Below, piece after piece: positions 1 to 12,232 of a stretch of 35,235 bases of DNA. The stretch lies in NCBI GenBank assembly GCA_000934665.2, contig JYFJ02004100.1:1-35235 (forward strand). Direction: 5' to 3'. Numbering within the stretch: position 1 is the stretch's first letter; each line of letters opens with the position of its first letter. A program made the position numbers and the translations under genes. Origin of the DNA: Catajapyx aquilonaris (lineage: Eukaryota). A model generated the notes under the pieces. The model had not been told where the DNA came from, made no database searches, and worked only from the letters and a program-made list of their open reading frames with translations.

Positions 1-155
1 CTTCCCAGGATCTCCCTCACCAGGAGAGCCACTGCCTCCTCCTCTTCCCGATGCTCTTCCCTCAGGACCACACTGCTCTTCATTCCCCCCAAACCAAGGT
101 TGATCAGGACTAGCCCCACAAACAACCGTGCAATCGCCCCCATGTTGGGTCTCAT
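1..155 (-). CDS. Possible 5' end of a secreted/membrane protein gene running off the left edge
   Basis: Stop-free frame from ATG at 155 to base 1: MRPNMGAIARLFVGLVLINLGLGGMKSSVVLREEHREEEEAVALLVREILG. Signal-peptide-like hydrophobic stretch and more GC-rich than the flank. No family recognised. Confidence 0.35.
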   Translation of the reverse strand, partial: MRPNMGAIARLFVGLVLINLGLGGMKSSVVLREEHREEEEAVALLVREILG

Positions 156-170
156 ACCGTACTACTGATA

Positions 171-910
171 CCTTTCTACGCCTCAACTATTTTGAAATCC
201 ACGTCGCACAATAAATTATGAAAACATATGCCTGACAGGTGCTTGGAACGTGATAATTGCCATATTATACCGTCAGAAATCGCGACAGTGATGTCATGAA
301 TAATCTTCATAAGGCTAGTCAATTGCAACTGAAGAGAATAACATGCTAAATAATATATTAGTGAGCAACGTTGTGAAACGTGAGCCACTCTTTTCCACAG
401 GCTGTTGGGCATATGGCAAAATGGACCAAATAGCAAATTTCCAGATCATTATGATATACGCTACAAATTGTGCCAGAGTTCTCATACTAAACCTTTCTAC
501 GCCACAACTATCATGAAATCCGCACGTCGCCCTGAAAATTACAGTGCATTACAGGCACGTGGAAACATACGCCTGAAACTCTGAAAGGTTACCTGGAACG
601 CGATAATTGGCATGTGGTCGGAAATTGCGACACAGCAGTATATGGATACATATAGGTATGTGGGCTTATGTGCCTGAGACGTAGCCTATACAGTACCCTG
701 AATACCAAAATCGGTATAATACCGTGGGCAGATATTGCGATATGGTCGTATGAAGATTGTGAATTATTATTTATTAAATTCGTAAGACCTAGTCGATTGC
801 GACAGAAAGTACTAATGTCCTGAATAATTATATTAATGAGCAACGTTGTGAACCGTGAGAAACTGCTTCCTGTTTCCATCAATAAATCTCCCGATCATAC
901 TGATATCCGA
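171..910. repeat. Degenerate two-unit tandem duplication (about 171-490 and 491-910)
   Basis: Shared blocks in the same order: cctttctacgcc-caacta, tggaacg-gataattg, ctagtc-attgc-ac-gaa, tgagcaacgttgtgaa-cgtgag, gatcat--tgatat. The second unit carries insertions. Confidence 0.6.
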
Positions 911-1468
911 ATGTTGCAAGAGAAAAGCTCAGATCATGACTGTGTACACGATTACTGTCTGTTTTGGAAACACAAACTTTCCATTTTAACTCTTTGCTCA
1001 AATCGAAATATTTGATCGATTTTTTCTTTGCCAATGGTAAATCCAGGCTTTGAATGATGAATCTTATTATTTATTTAGAGGCAACATTTTAATGCAATCA
1101 GTGGTTGCACAATGCTCAAAGTGTATAATAAGCTTGCTGCAATAGGAAAAGTCGTAAATTTTATAAACTCTTAATTTCTTAACCCTTTAATACACTTGCA
1201 CTCTATCTATCAAAATGTGACATACGCGTATAAAGTCGATTATTAGATTCCCAAATTATTTTCTAAAGTTTGCTTGCAATGTAATTATTTTATAGGAGAA
1301 ATGGAAGTGGTGCATATACGGAATCCCTTATTGTTTTATAATTTAGTTCCTTTTATTATTATAACATAATGTATACTGTATAGCACACATGTCCTGCAAA
1401 ATGATGTAACTCCGATGAAGATGGTAGTGTTTTTGTGTGGCGGAAATGTTTGTTCACTTTTCTGATCA

Positions 1469-4400
1469 TTAAGCCGATCGTGATTCCTCTCCTGTAGGAA
1501 CAGTACGAGTCAAGGTAATGCCAGTGTAAGTTCCACTTTCCTGAAAATAAACCATAATATTATATATTAAACAATTTTTTGGGGGGAAGTGGAAGAATAA
1601 TTTTGCATTGATATTATTCAATAACGTACCTTTCGGAAACGGTTTGTGCAGATTTGTCGCAATTTTTTTGCAGCTGTATTTCTCACTTCTTGTTGCAGAA
1701 GGCAGTGAAACACGAAGATTAAAACACCTTGCAACGAATTGCATATTACGAATGTGATTTCCAAAGCTTCAGCTGCTTGCCGATTGCCTGAAACAATATT
1801 TGTTTAGTTCAATTTTCAAGAAGTGCGTCCTCTTTTTAGTGCAGTTAGCTACCTTGTTTAAAAAGGAGAAATCCAATGCTCCAGGTGAGGCCAAGCACAA
1901 TCACTAGTGACACACAGCCTCGTATCCATGCCGTTGTACTCTGTTGTGTCCCTACGTACTGAGCTCTTTCTCTGGCAGCTCGTCTGGCTTTGATCAGTGC
2001 TACAGTCAGCACCATTGCGTTCAACTGAAACAAATCGGCCATTTATGTCTCAATAAGTATACCAAAGTGTACGATACACTTACGAGCAAAATGATTCCCA
2101 GTGGCACCATGAATGACAGTATGAGTCCCTTCTCCTTGCTCAACCAGCAGCTGGTAAGAAAATCAGGTGTTATCCAGCAGCATTATTAAACGGAGTTTAG
2201 CAACGACTTACTACTCGTTAGTTCCATATCCGTCCCAACGAAGTACAGCAGAGATGAGTACGATTATTGAAGGAGTGGCGTAACCTACGAGCATCATTTG
2301 CCATTTGCGCATTCTCTTGGCATCGAACACCTATATAAGTGGATGAATTTTTAACTTGTAAATAGACACACTAGTGTAAAGTACTGACCACGATGATCAT
2401 GAGGTAGAGGAGGATGGCCTCGACCAGTGTCCAGAAGAAGGCAGAGAGGAAGAGGAAGTGCAGCAGGACAGCCACAGCCTTGCAGGCCTGGTGCTGCTGG
2501 GTGGCATCCAGACCCAGGAGAAGGGTCAGCTGGGCCAGGGCAAGGGTCAGGCAGAGGTTGCAGTGGACGAATATCCGAGGGGGACTGCCCAGTGACCTGC
2601 TGACCACTAGAAAGGTCACAAGGGACAGGAGGAGGCAGGTCACGGACATGCTGCATCCAACAGCGCTTATGATGCTCGCCACCAGATGTATCTGGTCGGA
2701 ATGAGAAACATGTAACCGAGCCGGTTCCGGAACGGGTCAGGTTTTCTGTGTGTGAATAATGACCTCGCTTTCCTTCTGGATGACCCCTCCGTAGTCGACG
2801 ATGACCGCCAGGTTGGTGAGATGGTCGCAGATGCAGACGGTCTCTTCCTCTCCCGAAGATTCTTCCCAGCATCCCTCCCTGCTCCAGATGTGATTCGTCT
2901 GGTCCCAAAAGACGCATCTGGGGTTGGTCAGGTTGTACTCTTCTGGTGAGTACAGGTGCTTCAGTACCACTCGAATCGTGCCCTGTCCGAATTTGGTCGG
3001 TATGTCCGGATGTCCCAAGGTGGCACCAACAATCTCGCTGTTGACAATACCGTTCAATTTGGTCCGATTCGTAAGACTCACGTTTCTGGGGGAATTCGAA
3101 TAATTAAGTCATGTTGCCTTTGAAAGTACGAATATTACATGAAGTGTTCTGTATTAGCCACCGTTTAACTGCTTACAGTTTTAAATTGTTTCCCAGGATG
3201 TCGTGCATTGTGTTGTAATGCACATGGTTTGCTGTCCACACTCCCTCGAATAACCCCAGGTTTTTGGATTCTTCTGGCAAAAGGATGCTGGACCCACTCG
3301 GATACATGTGGTACAGATTCACATCTTTTGCTTCAGGAATTGACGATGTGGCAACGACTAAAAGGTACGGGGGTTCACAATATTGTTTGTACAACCTATA
3401 TTGACGTCTCTTGAAATCTTAACCTTACCCAAGTGATCGTAAGTAAAGTTCTGTGTGGTTGCTGCTTTCGCTGTTGAAAATCCGATATCATTAACCACTT
3501 GGAAGAAGTCTGAAGCCGCTTCAGCCATCCTCGCATGGGACAGCCAAGGGTTGTGGCTTATCAGGACAGTGTTGCTCACATTAAATGCATTTGCAGCATA
3601 TCTTGCAAGGTTTGAATCACACGAGGAGCTGTCAAAGAGAGAATATTAAAAAGTGGTAAGACCATCTCAGCAGATTAGTGATTCGTGATTTACTTTGAAA
3701 CATCATCATCTCGGATGCATTTCCTGTGTGTCTCTCGCTGTATCTGAAGCGATTCTTGAAGGACGTCGATAGCTTTGGTCACGTCACCAGCTAAAAACTG
3801 GTCCGAAGATGTGTTAATATCTCCTGCCAATGTTCCCAGCACTGTTGCAGCTGATTGGTTGCTGCTTAGTCCTAGCTGAGCTCTTTCCCAGTAGTGTGTG
3901 TGGCATGCTCTGCAAAACAACTCCTATTGTAACTTATTGGAGTTTACAGGGAATTAGCAGTGATAATGACCTGAATCATTAGGTATTTCCGTATACTTAT
4001 TTGTTATTATAGATAAATTATTTCCCTAGCTCAGCCGAGTGCGCACCCACACTCGCGCAGCTCCAACGTTGCCAGGGTTAAGGCTGGCGGCCATTTTGAA
4101 AAGGGGACAACGCCAACGAGGCATAAATAGGGTACAGGCAGGCCGTAAAGGTCCGCCATCTTTGATGGATTTGGCGGCCATGGCACTTATTCACGGCAAG
4201 AATATTTGAATATTTTTGTCGTATGAGCTCCTTGCACTTTTATACGCATTAATTCCGTAAGTACGGCAAAAATATTCAAATTCGCGCGTGTTCTTGCCGT
4301 GAAGTGCAATGGCCGCCAAAACTATCAAAGATGGCGGACCTTTACGGCCTGCCTGTACCCTATTTATACCTCGTTGGCGTTGCCCCCTTTTCAAAATGGC

Positions 4401-6179
4401 AGCCAGCCTTGGCAACGGTCTCAAACAGAGAGACGCACGAATCGAATGTTTGCTCCTCTTATGTAGTATATGCTCCCTGGTTCCACCTCCAAGCCCTAAG
4501 CGTACCGTTGGAAATAAGTGCAGGTAACTTACCAACCGTCATTGATATTTCCAACCGTACACACTGCGCCAACTGTGGTGCGCACTCGGTTGAGTTTGTA
4601 AAATATGTTCACATTAAATTAATTTTAGATATTGTAACTTATTTCAAAGTGTGCTCACGTGGTATCCGGATAGTCAGACTCCCACTGTCCGTTCTGATCA
4701 CAATTCCAGAAGGACACCCAGTCACCATCACCAGGACACTGCTTTGTCACCCAGCCTGGATCAGCCGGACCCCACACCTGACCCTGGAAGACTGTCTGAG
4801 GACATGTGGTGGTCATCTCAGTGGTCATTTCCACGATTGGTGATGGGTGTGGAGGGTAGACACACACTGTGACGGGTCTCCCTCTGTTTCGTCGTCTGTC
4901 GTATCCAAGCTGGTATCTCCTTGAATCCGCAATTCCAGGTGTGATTCTGAAGGCGTCACCACCTCGACCTGGTGTAATCTGTGACCTTGTGATGCTTCCT
5001 CGACCGTCAACCCAAATCAGGCCAGAGTGTAACCCTAGTTGACCAACTGCAGCTAATAAGTAATCGTCATTAACACAGGGTATGTCCCCGCCATCTTTGC
5101 GACATATTTCCCTAGATTGGTTGTAAGAACTGTTGACACTGGAGGACTGGAAGCAAGTCAATGCTATTGGAGAATCTGGCAAGAGATGCGATCCAGGCTG
5201 ACCACACTCCAGGTCTTCCTCATGGACGAATTTGTACCGCACCTTGTACAACCACTCTTGCACATCCAGGACACGACCGTCGACAACACAAGAGTTGGAC
5301 ACTCCTGGCCATGCTGTGGTTATGTTTACCTGACAATTTTGCAATCCTTGGCACCTAATATTGCAAGTAATAAAGTAACAAAATTAATAGTTATAGACTG
5401 TGATTATGAAACATCATTCTCATGTCTTTACCGAAATCTTAAAAGCTCCGGAAACCCAGCATCATTTCCGAGCACCGCAACTGTTGGTTCAATGTACTGC
5501 ACTGAATTGTCTGCCCCACAAACTCTTTGTTTCCAGTAATTGTTGACCGCCGAATCTGTCCTCGGAACTGTCAATCAATAATGCTGTGATTATTACGAAA
5601 TTATTGCAAATTATTAACATAATTTGCGACATTGATTTCGTTAATTATTCGTGATTTTCATATACGAGCGTACATGGTGTATACTTTTTGTTTGCATTTT
5701 TTGCTTACCATCAGTTGTATTGAGATATTCAGTTCTGGTTGTGGTCGACACTGTTTCACTTCCTGTGCTTGTTTGTTGGTTTCGAAGACAGATAATACTT
5801 GCTGATGTAATGACTAAGAGGCCTTCTCTCTGTCTTTGTCCTGTGGTCGGTAGGTGAAATATTTGATTTCTTCCTATCACCTCGCAGTCATCTGTAAATT
5901 AGGCGTGTATTGATCATGACAACTATGTACAATATATGGATTGTTGCGAAAAATAATTACCAATATTGTACGTAGGAGCAAAAGAATTAAATTGCAGAAT
6001 TTAACCTACATGTAATGAGCGGCAAAAAAAATCCAAAATGTAATGATTCGTATAATACGCATACCAGATAAGCAGAGATCCAGTGTCACCATCAGTAGAA
6101 GAGTTACAACCAGCATGTTGCGTAGGGAATATAGAGACCTGTTAATCCGCATATGTGCTCCAGTGAACCTCATTTGCAT
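1469..6179 (-). CDS. Adhesion GPCR, latrophilin/Cirl-like (about 979 aa, 14 exons)
   Basis: Phase-consistent GT-AG exons: 6179-6065, 5891-5709, 5567-5432, 5354-4659, 3909-3694, 3628-3429, 3357-3177, 3085-2764, 2691-2389, 2330-2212, 2150-2084, 2024-1853, 1787-1630, 1540-1469. Signal peptide MLVVTLLLMVTLDLCLS; HRM CPQTVFQGQVW...CPG...WNCDQNGQW; GPS CVFWDQTNHIWSREGC...CICDHL|TNLAVIV; secretin-type 7TM motifs (HCNLC, LHFLFLSAFFWTLVEA, GLTWSIG, NSLQGVLIFVFHCLL). The start ATG is ambiguous among several in-frame ATGs. Confidence 0.9.
4030..4594. mobile_element. Non-autonomous fold-back/MITE-like element, probably two nested, in intron 4 of the aGPCR
   Basis: Outer imperfect ~30 bp inverted repeat ctcagccgagtgcgcacc (4030) / ggtgcgcactcggttgag (ends 4594). 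Inner near-perfect ~150 bp inverted arms at about 4067-4223 and 4262-4417. No transposase. Confidence 0.8.
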
Positions 6180-6629
6180 CCTACTTATTGCGACACTAAG
6201 GTCAGATCAGTATAGGCTACACACTTTTAATCTAATAATAGATTGGCAAACCCACTTCCTTCCCATAGAGGCCACGTCACAGAATGACGCCTTTTGTTGA
6301 TAAAGAACTTTACATTCTTTCCTTGATGGACTTCTGAGTATAGGCGACATCTTTTACGAAATGTACTCTTCGGCAGGCTCGGAAGGAATACAAGAAAATC
6401 CGATTGTACTTTATATAATGCTATATACCTTTGTAAGATACCACTCACCATCATTGAACTCCGAATAAATTTTTATATTGATAAAAGCATCATATTTTTA
6501 AGCTCTGAAATTAAATGTACGGCATATCATTGTCGGGAAAATATTCACCAATATTTACTTATCCAAAAGGCAAAGCTTGTTTGTTTGGCCGTTTCCAAGC
6601 CCCATAGTTTGTCTAATTTTATAACCATT

Positions 6630-7710
6630 TATTACCAATTTTTTATCAGTTTCGTACTCATATTTTAATACCAAATTTTTATCAGTTTCGTACTCATATT
6701 TTAATACCAATTTTTTATCAATTTCGTACTCATATTTTAAACCCAATTTCATAACAGTTTATAGCATAAGAAAAAGTTCGTTCGTTCGTTTGTACATTTC
6801 ATAACCATCATAAGTTCAAAATTTATATCCATTTCGTAGGCTATATTTTATACCAATTTCATACTAAACCTGTTTAAAAAAATCGTTGGGTTGTTTGTTC
6901 ATTTCACACCCATTTTGTAGGCCACCAATAATAATTTTTATACCAATTTCATACAATCATATTAAGGAAAAGTTCGTTTGTTTGTTTGTTAATTTCGCAC
7001 CCATTTCGTACCAATTTGTGTACAAATTTCATACAATCTTGTAAGGAAAAAGTTCGTTCGTTTGTGTGTCTATTTCGGACCCATTTTGTACCAATTTGTA
7101 TAAAAATTTCGTACAATCTTGTAAAGAAAAAGGTTCGTTCGTTTGTTTGTCCATTCCACACCCATTTCGTACCAATTTGTGTACAAACTTCGTACAATCT
7201 CGTGTAAGGAAAAAAGTTCGTTTGTTTGTGTGTCCACAGTTTCTAAAATTTTCGTACCCATTTCGTGCACATTTCATGCACATTTCGTACCTCATTTTAT
7301 ATCCATTTTGTGCCCATTTCATACCCATTTATTCTTGGTCGCACCCATTTCGTAACCATATATTATTTTGCACCAATAATTTCATACCCATTTCGCACCA
7401 TATTTTGCACCAATAATTTCATACCCATTTCGTAACCATATATATTTTGCACCAATAATTTCATACCCATTTCGCACCACATTTTGCACGAATAATTTCA
7501 TACCCATTTCGCACCATAATTTTGCACCAATAATTTCATACCCATTTCGCACCACATTTTGCACCAATAATTTCATACCCATTTCGCACCACATTTTGCA
7601 CCAATAATTTCATACCCATTTCGCACCACATTTTGCACCAATAATTTCATACCCATTTCGCACCACATTTTGCACATATAATTTCATACCCATTTCGCAC
7701 CACATTTTAG
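6630..7710. repeat. Compound minisatellite with 36-bp, ~80-bp and 37-bp units
   Basis: 36-bp unit ccaattttttatcagtttcgtactcatattttaata, about 3 copies (6635-6745). 80-81-bp unit starting at 7011, 7091 and 7172. 37-bp unit ttttgcaccaataatttcatacccatttcgcaccaca, about 9-10 copies (7340-7708). All share an atttcRta/ccca core. Confidence 0.9.
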
Positions 7711-7899
7711 AAAATTTCTGGCCATTTGCAAAAAAAATATTTTGGCGGCGTTTAAATCAAAAAAATGAAAGTAATTTGGCAACACAGCAAATTGTGGGTG
7801 GATTCCTGTCGTCACCAGGGCGTGTTCGTGCGGCTGCTCTTTTTGGACGGGTGCTGCCGACCTTACGACGATTGATCGAACTAGTGGCGACTGACAAAG

Positions 7900-8560
7900 A
7901 TGGCGTCGTCTGAAGATGAGAAAGAGACACGAGGTCGAAGAGAAATGGACTTGGAGGAGGCTTCGGAGGGCGAGGAGTCTTCCTCTGGTGCGCAGGACCA
8001 GACGAGGAGGAAGCGGAGGAAGGCAGGGATAGTGTACCTGTCCGCCATACCGCCCACCATGAACGTAACGATGGTCAGAGAGAACTTTGAGAAGTTTGGA
8101 GATGTCGGCAGGGTTTTCCTGCAGCCAGCCAGTCAGTATTTAATCTCATTTAAACCATTGTTCAGCACTTAAATGTCAAATTTTAACAGATAAAGGTTTG
8201 AAGAAGCGGCCGAGTAAGACCTTCACCGAGGGCTGGGTTGAATTCAAGAGCAAACGGAGGGCTAAGATGGCAGCGGTTACGTTGAACGGACAGCAGGTCG
8301 GTGGCCGCAAGCGTCACGCTTACTACGACTCAACATGGAGCGTCAAGTACCTGTCCGGATTCAAGTGGGTTCACTTGAGCGAGCGGATGGCGTACGAGCG
8401 GGCCGTACACCAACAGCGATTGCGGCAGGAGATATCGCAGGTCAAGAGGGAAACCAACTTTTACTCGGTCGCGGTGGACAAGAGTGCGAGGTTGAAACGA
8501 CTCAACAAGAACGAAGGGAAGGTGAGGAACGTGCAGTTGCGGGAGCCCATACCCTCATGA
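7900..8560 (+). CDS. ABT1: Activator of basal transcription 1 / pre-rRNA processing protein ESF2
   Basis: join(7900..8131,8190..8560) with a phase-1 GT-AG intron. Motifs GIVYLSAIPP, FGDVGRVFLQP, FTEGWVEF, LNGQQVGGRKR, WSVKYLSGFKWVHLSE, RLRQEISQVKRE. The 3' end is uncertain because an extra intron at 8522-8640 is possible. Confidence 0.93.
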
Positions 8561-8904
8561 ATAATAAACTAATTATTCTTATGAGCTTGTATTATTTTGA
8601 ACACCTAGTACGTTGATAATTTGACCTGTTGGTATTACAGCAAGAAGTGGCACCTGAAATTACGATCCATGCAACATAATGTTTCGTTTATGTCATTGTT
8701 TTCACCATGTTACATTATTAGCGATTTGAGCGATGAAACTGTTTGAGTGAAAGTTACAATTGTGTTTCGCCCTAAACTATTGGATTAATCGCTGATACAA
8801 ACGCTCGTATGTAAATGGCCTGATAGTTTAGTAGCTAATTGTTCAGACAGCTTTACATTTTATTAGAATTAGAGGATATCAACGACAGATAGCCGCAGAT
8901 AGTA

Positions 8905-11633
8905 TTAGAACTGTCTGTTGGCTAGATTGATCCCAATCCATCTTGCGTAACGTCCAATTCTAGTGTAAAATGTTATACGTGTGGAATCGCAAGTGACTGA
9001 TCCTCTTTGCCCAATCCCGGCGCTGACGAGGCCTTGCAGCGACCAGTGCCTGTCGAATGGTGGGCCACTCAAAAAGACCATTCCTCCGCCACTGTCGCCG
9101 TTGCAAGCACCAGTTCCTAGCAGAGGACATGGCCGTTAGCAATTTCTATATCGTAATTGGTATATTATAAGTACCATCTGTGGTTCCGGCGCAGTATGTT
9201 GTTGAGCGCACGAATGAGCGATGTGCTGACGGGAGACTCTCGATGCAATCTTGAGCTGACATCACGGGTATCTCTGCCATTTGCAGAGAATCAGCGATCT
9301 TTCCGTCATCAGTCAGACCCCATCCCACAACCTATTTGTAATTAACAGGACATATCAACTGCAACTTAGTAGCTCAACTAATGAACTCACGATTCCGGTG
9401 TTTCCATTTTGCAGCAGGGTTTGCTCTTCCAAAGTGTCCGAAGCTGATGGATAACACACTGGACTCACGTATATGTTTATGTCCGCAGGCGAATCCAGTA
9501 TGATCATCGCAATGTCTGAATCGAAATTGGCCGGATTATAGCTCTCGTGTACGAGTATCATTTTTACCTGTGGGGTACAATGATTAATGCGGTTGAACAA
9601 TCTACAATGCCCGTAATATAGGGTGTTAATCTGCCCAAGTTGGTGATCCAGACCTTTTTCATTCCATTGTGTTGCAATTGATTACATATGATCTAATGAC
9701 TTATTGTCAACATGAGCAGAATAACACGCCGTGTAATTAGGCATCATTATTCTACTAACCCTTCTGGTCTGCGAATGTTTTACAGATTCATCGTACCGTG
9801 ATATGTATTTGCCTAGTTGTATGCGCAATACACTCGGTTTATATGCTGAGGTAGTTTTTTGCCATGTGACGCAATGAGCCGCTAGTTGGGAGAATAATGG
9901 CAGGTTATGTTTGTTAAGTGAATTTTTAATTATTTAAATTATTAATTGGCGTGACTTTGGCCTTGTGAAATACCTGTTATGAGTGCATTTTCACTAATAA
10001 GAGAAGCTCCACAATGATAATTCCAGTTGCTCTGGCGGCTGATGTAGATCCCTGCATGCCACGGCCACTGACCTTCATAAGCTGGTTTACCACCAGTGAC
10101 CAAAGGTGCTGCCGGAGCCAGTGATTTACCACACCCTGAAATATATTATTATAATTATATTTGCAATTTCTCCAACAGTATTCTGATATCGAAAGGCATA
10201 CTTGGAATGCATCTGAATGTGTCGCTGGTTTTCCAGGAGCCTTCCCCGAGGCAGGTTGCAAACGACACTGGAACAGGCGTGACAGTTTTGTGAAACTCGT
10301 CGCATTCGACCTGACACTGAGTTCCAACGGGGATGTCTGTGAGGTCTTTGTTGTTGTAATTAGCCCCACATGACACTTTAATTCCTCTCATTTGTGTCCG
10401 GAGATCACGGCAGAAGCCAGGCCTCCCTTTGCCTGAAAAATTATATGGGAATTATGCAGAATAATTAATGTAAAGTGAAGCCTACTTGATCCACTCATCT
10501 TGCAGACGAAACGTCTTAGTGCAGTGCAATACAGGTCATTCCATGTATGCCACGAGTCACCATACATCACTGCGCAATCCTCAGGCAACTCAAAGTCAGG
10601 CTGCCTTTCATCCCAGTTAGTAAAATCAGTCGGAGACCCATCTGTCCACCGCCATTCTATAGTTCCTGATGGAGTCTTGTGGAGTTTGAGCCCAAGATAC
10701 GTGTACCCATGTATTTGTCCTGCGAGAAAATTGATTGCGGTTTGTGCGAGGCCCAGATAAGAGCAAACTTAAGTTACCTTTTAATGAATGAACATACCTA
10801 CAAGATAATCCAGTTCTTCTTTGCTGTGTATGGACGCAAGGTCAGCTTTATCACGCATGTCTTGACATGTGATCCTAGCCCTCTCCCATGTGGTCTGGTA
10901 CGTTGAGAAATAATAGCACACATTATTTCTGAAGTGCCATCCGCTAGGGCAGTCATCTGTCCAGGATGAAAATTATCTGTACACATGTATTTGCTGCGGC
11001 TTGTTAAACCGTACGTACTCTTGTCCGACTTGTAGCTGCAGGCAAAGTTATTCTTCTCTCGGCACAACAAGTTGTACCAGAGCCCCTTTTTGTCATGAGC
11101 AGCTGGATATGTTGCCATGCATTCTTCAGCGGCTGGGTGGCTAGGCTCTCCCGGATTCCAGTTGGTGTACGTAGAAGTAGATCCATCGGTCCAGCACCAG
11201 TTGTTGTTTCCACAATTGCTGTATCCAATCCAGTAATGATTATTCATATGTTCTAAGATGAGATTTAGTTATGATTATTAGTAGTACATAATAAGTTATA
11301 TCATTATGATTCTACATGTTGAGCTCACCCGCCATAAATTTCATTTCTTGCTCACTCTCTATGCTTGCCAAATTTGCAGCCGGATTCTTCTCTTTGCACA
11401 GTCTGCGTGAGTCGTGCCAGTTGAAAAAGGCTGATGTGAAATGCTCGGAGAAGTAGTAGCAAAAGGAGCCGTTTTCTACCCAGCCTTCGGGACAGCAATT
11501 GACTCCAGAATCTGAGGAAATATGCAATCATGTTTTAATTAGGTGTTCATTAATGGATTAATTTGATGAAAATAATATATCTACCTGCCAAAATCCCGAT
11601 GAACAAGACAAGTACTTTACTTGTACTGTACAT
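8905..11633 (-). CDS. Dual C-type lectin-Sushi-serine protease, copy 1 (639 aa, 11 coding exons)
   Basis: Exons 11633-11585, 11511-11329, 11252-11019, 10956-10798, 10719-10486, 10432-10202, 10135-9974, 9881-9760, 9567-9391, 9331-9175, 9116-8905 total 1920 nt, all GT-AG and in phase. Signal peptide MYSTSKVLVLFIGILA; CTL1 EPS/WYN; CTL2 QPD/WND; six-Cys CCP; activation site APL|VTGG; triad AAHC, DSDIA, GDSGGG. Confidence 0.92.
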
Positions 11634-12232
11634 CTTGATAATGGTTAGTGGAAATAACGTTTCTAGTGCTTTTCATTCACCTGTAATGAAATTGGATTTT
11701 AATTTATTATACATATAATTTTGAATTTTATATATTCTAATAGTTTTATCACCTCAGAAACTGTCTTTAAATATTGTTTAGACATAAGTGCGTGCATAAT
11801 CTGAAATCTTTTGGTTAATACAGCCGGACCTTACAGCATGTCATTATGACATTTTCATGCTTGAATATTTCTAGTCTACTTATTACTTTACAGAAGTGAA
11901 TACTTACAATATTCAGTAGACAATGAGAATATTATTCAGTAAAATATGTGTATAAATACGTACATATTGAAGCATTTCAACATCGTTGAGACCGCGTCTG
12001 GCAGCTAATGATGTGCCAACTCTAATAACCGAGGCGTCACCGGCTTTCAACTGATTTCGTAGAAGTCATGCAACTCTTCTTTTTGTCTCAATTGCAGCTT
12101 AATTACGACCTCAGGAGAGTCTCTGCCATTTCATTTTCATAACATACGAAAACTTACCTGAGCGTATTAAACTAATGTATAAATTACGACGCAATATTCT
12201 GTCATCTTGATCTGCCGCAATGTGAAGATCCA

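Noticed and set aside
176..882. Minus-strand ORFs in the degenerate duplication
   Set aside because: The two units do not preserve the same reading frame and show no recognisable motifs.
4191..4535. ORFs in the aGPCR intron
   Set aside because: They lie in the inverted-repeat element, mirror each other and have no transposase motifs.
6555..7594. Repetitive ORFs such as KYEYETDKKLVL and VRNGYEIIGAK
   Set aside because: Translation artefacts of the minisatellite, open in several frames on both strands.
7340..7708. 37-bp repeats as a CRISPR array
   Set aside because: Units are directly adjacent with no unique spacers, there are no cas genes, and the context is intron-containing eukaryotic DNA.
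10486..11511. Three or four lectin domains per gene
   Set aside because: Exon pairs 2+3 and 4+5 each form a single CTLD, so there are two.
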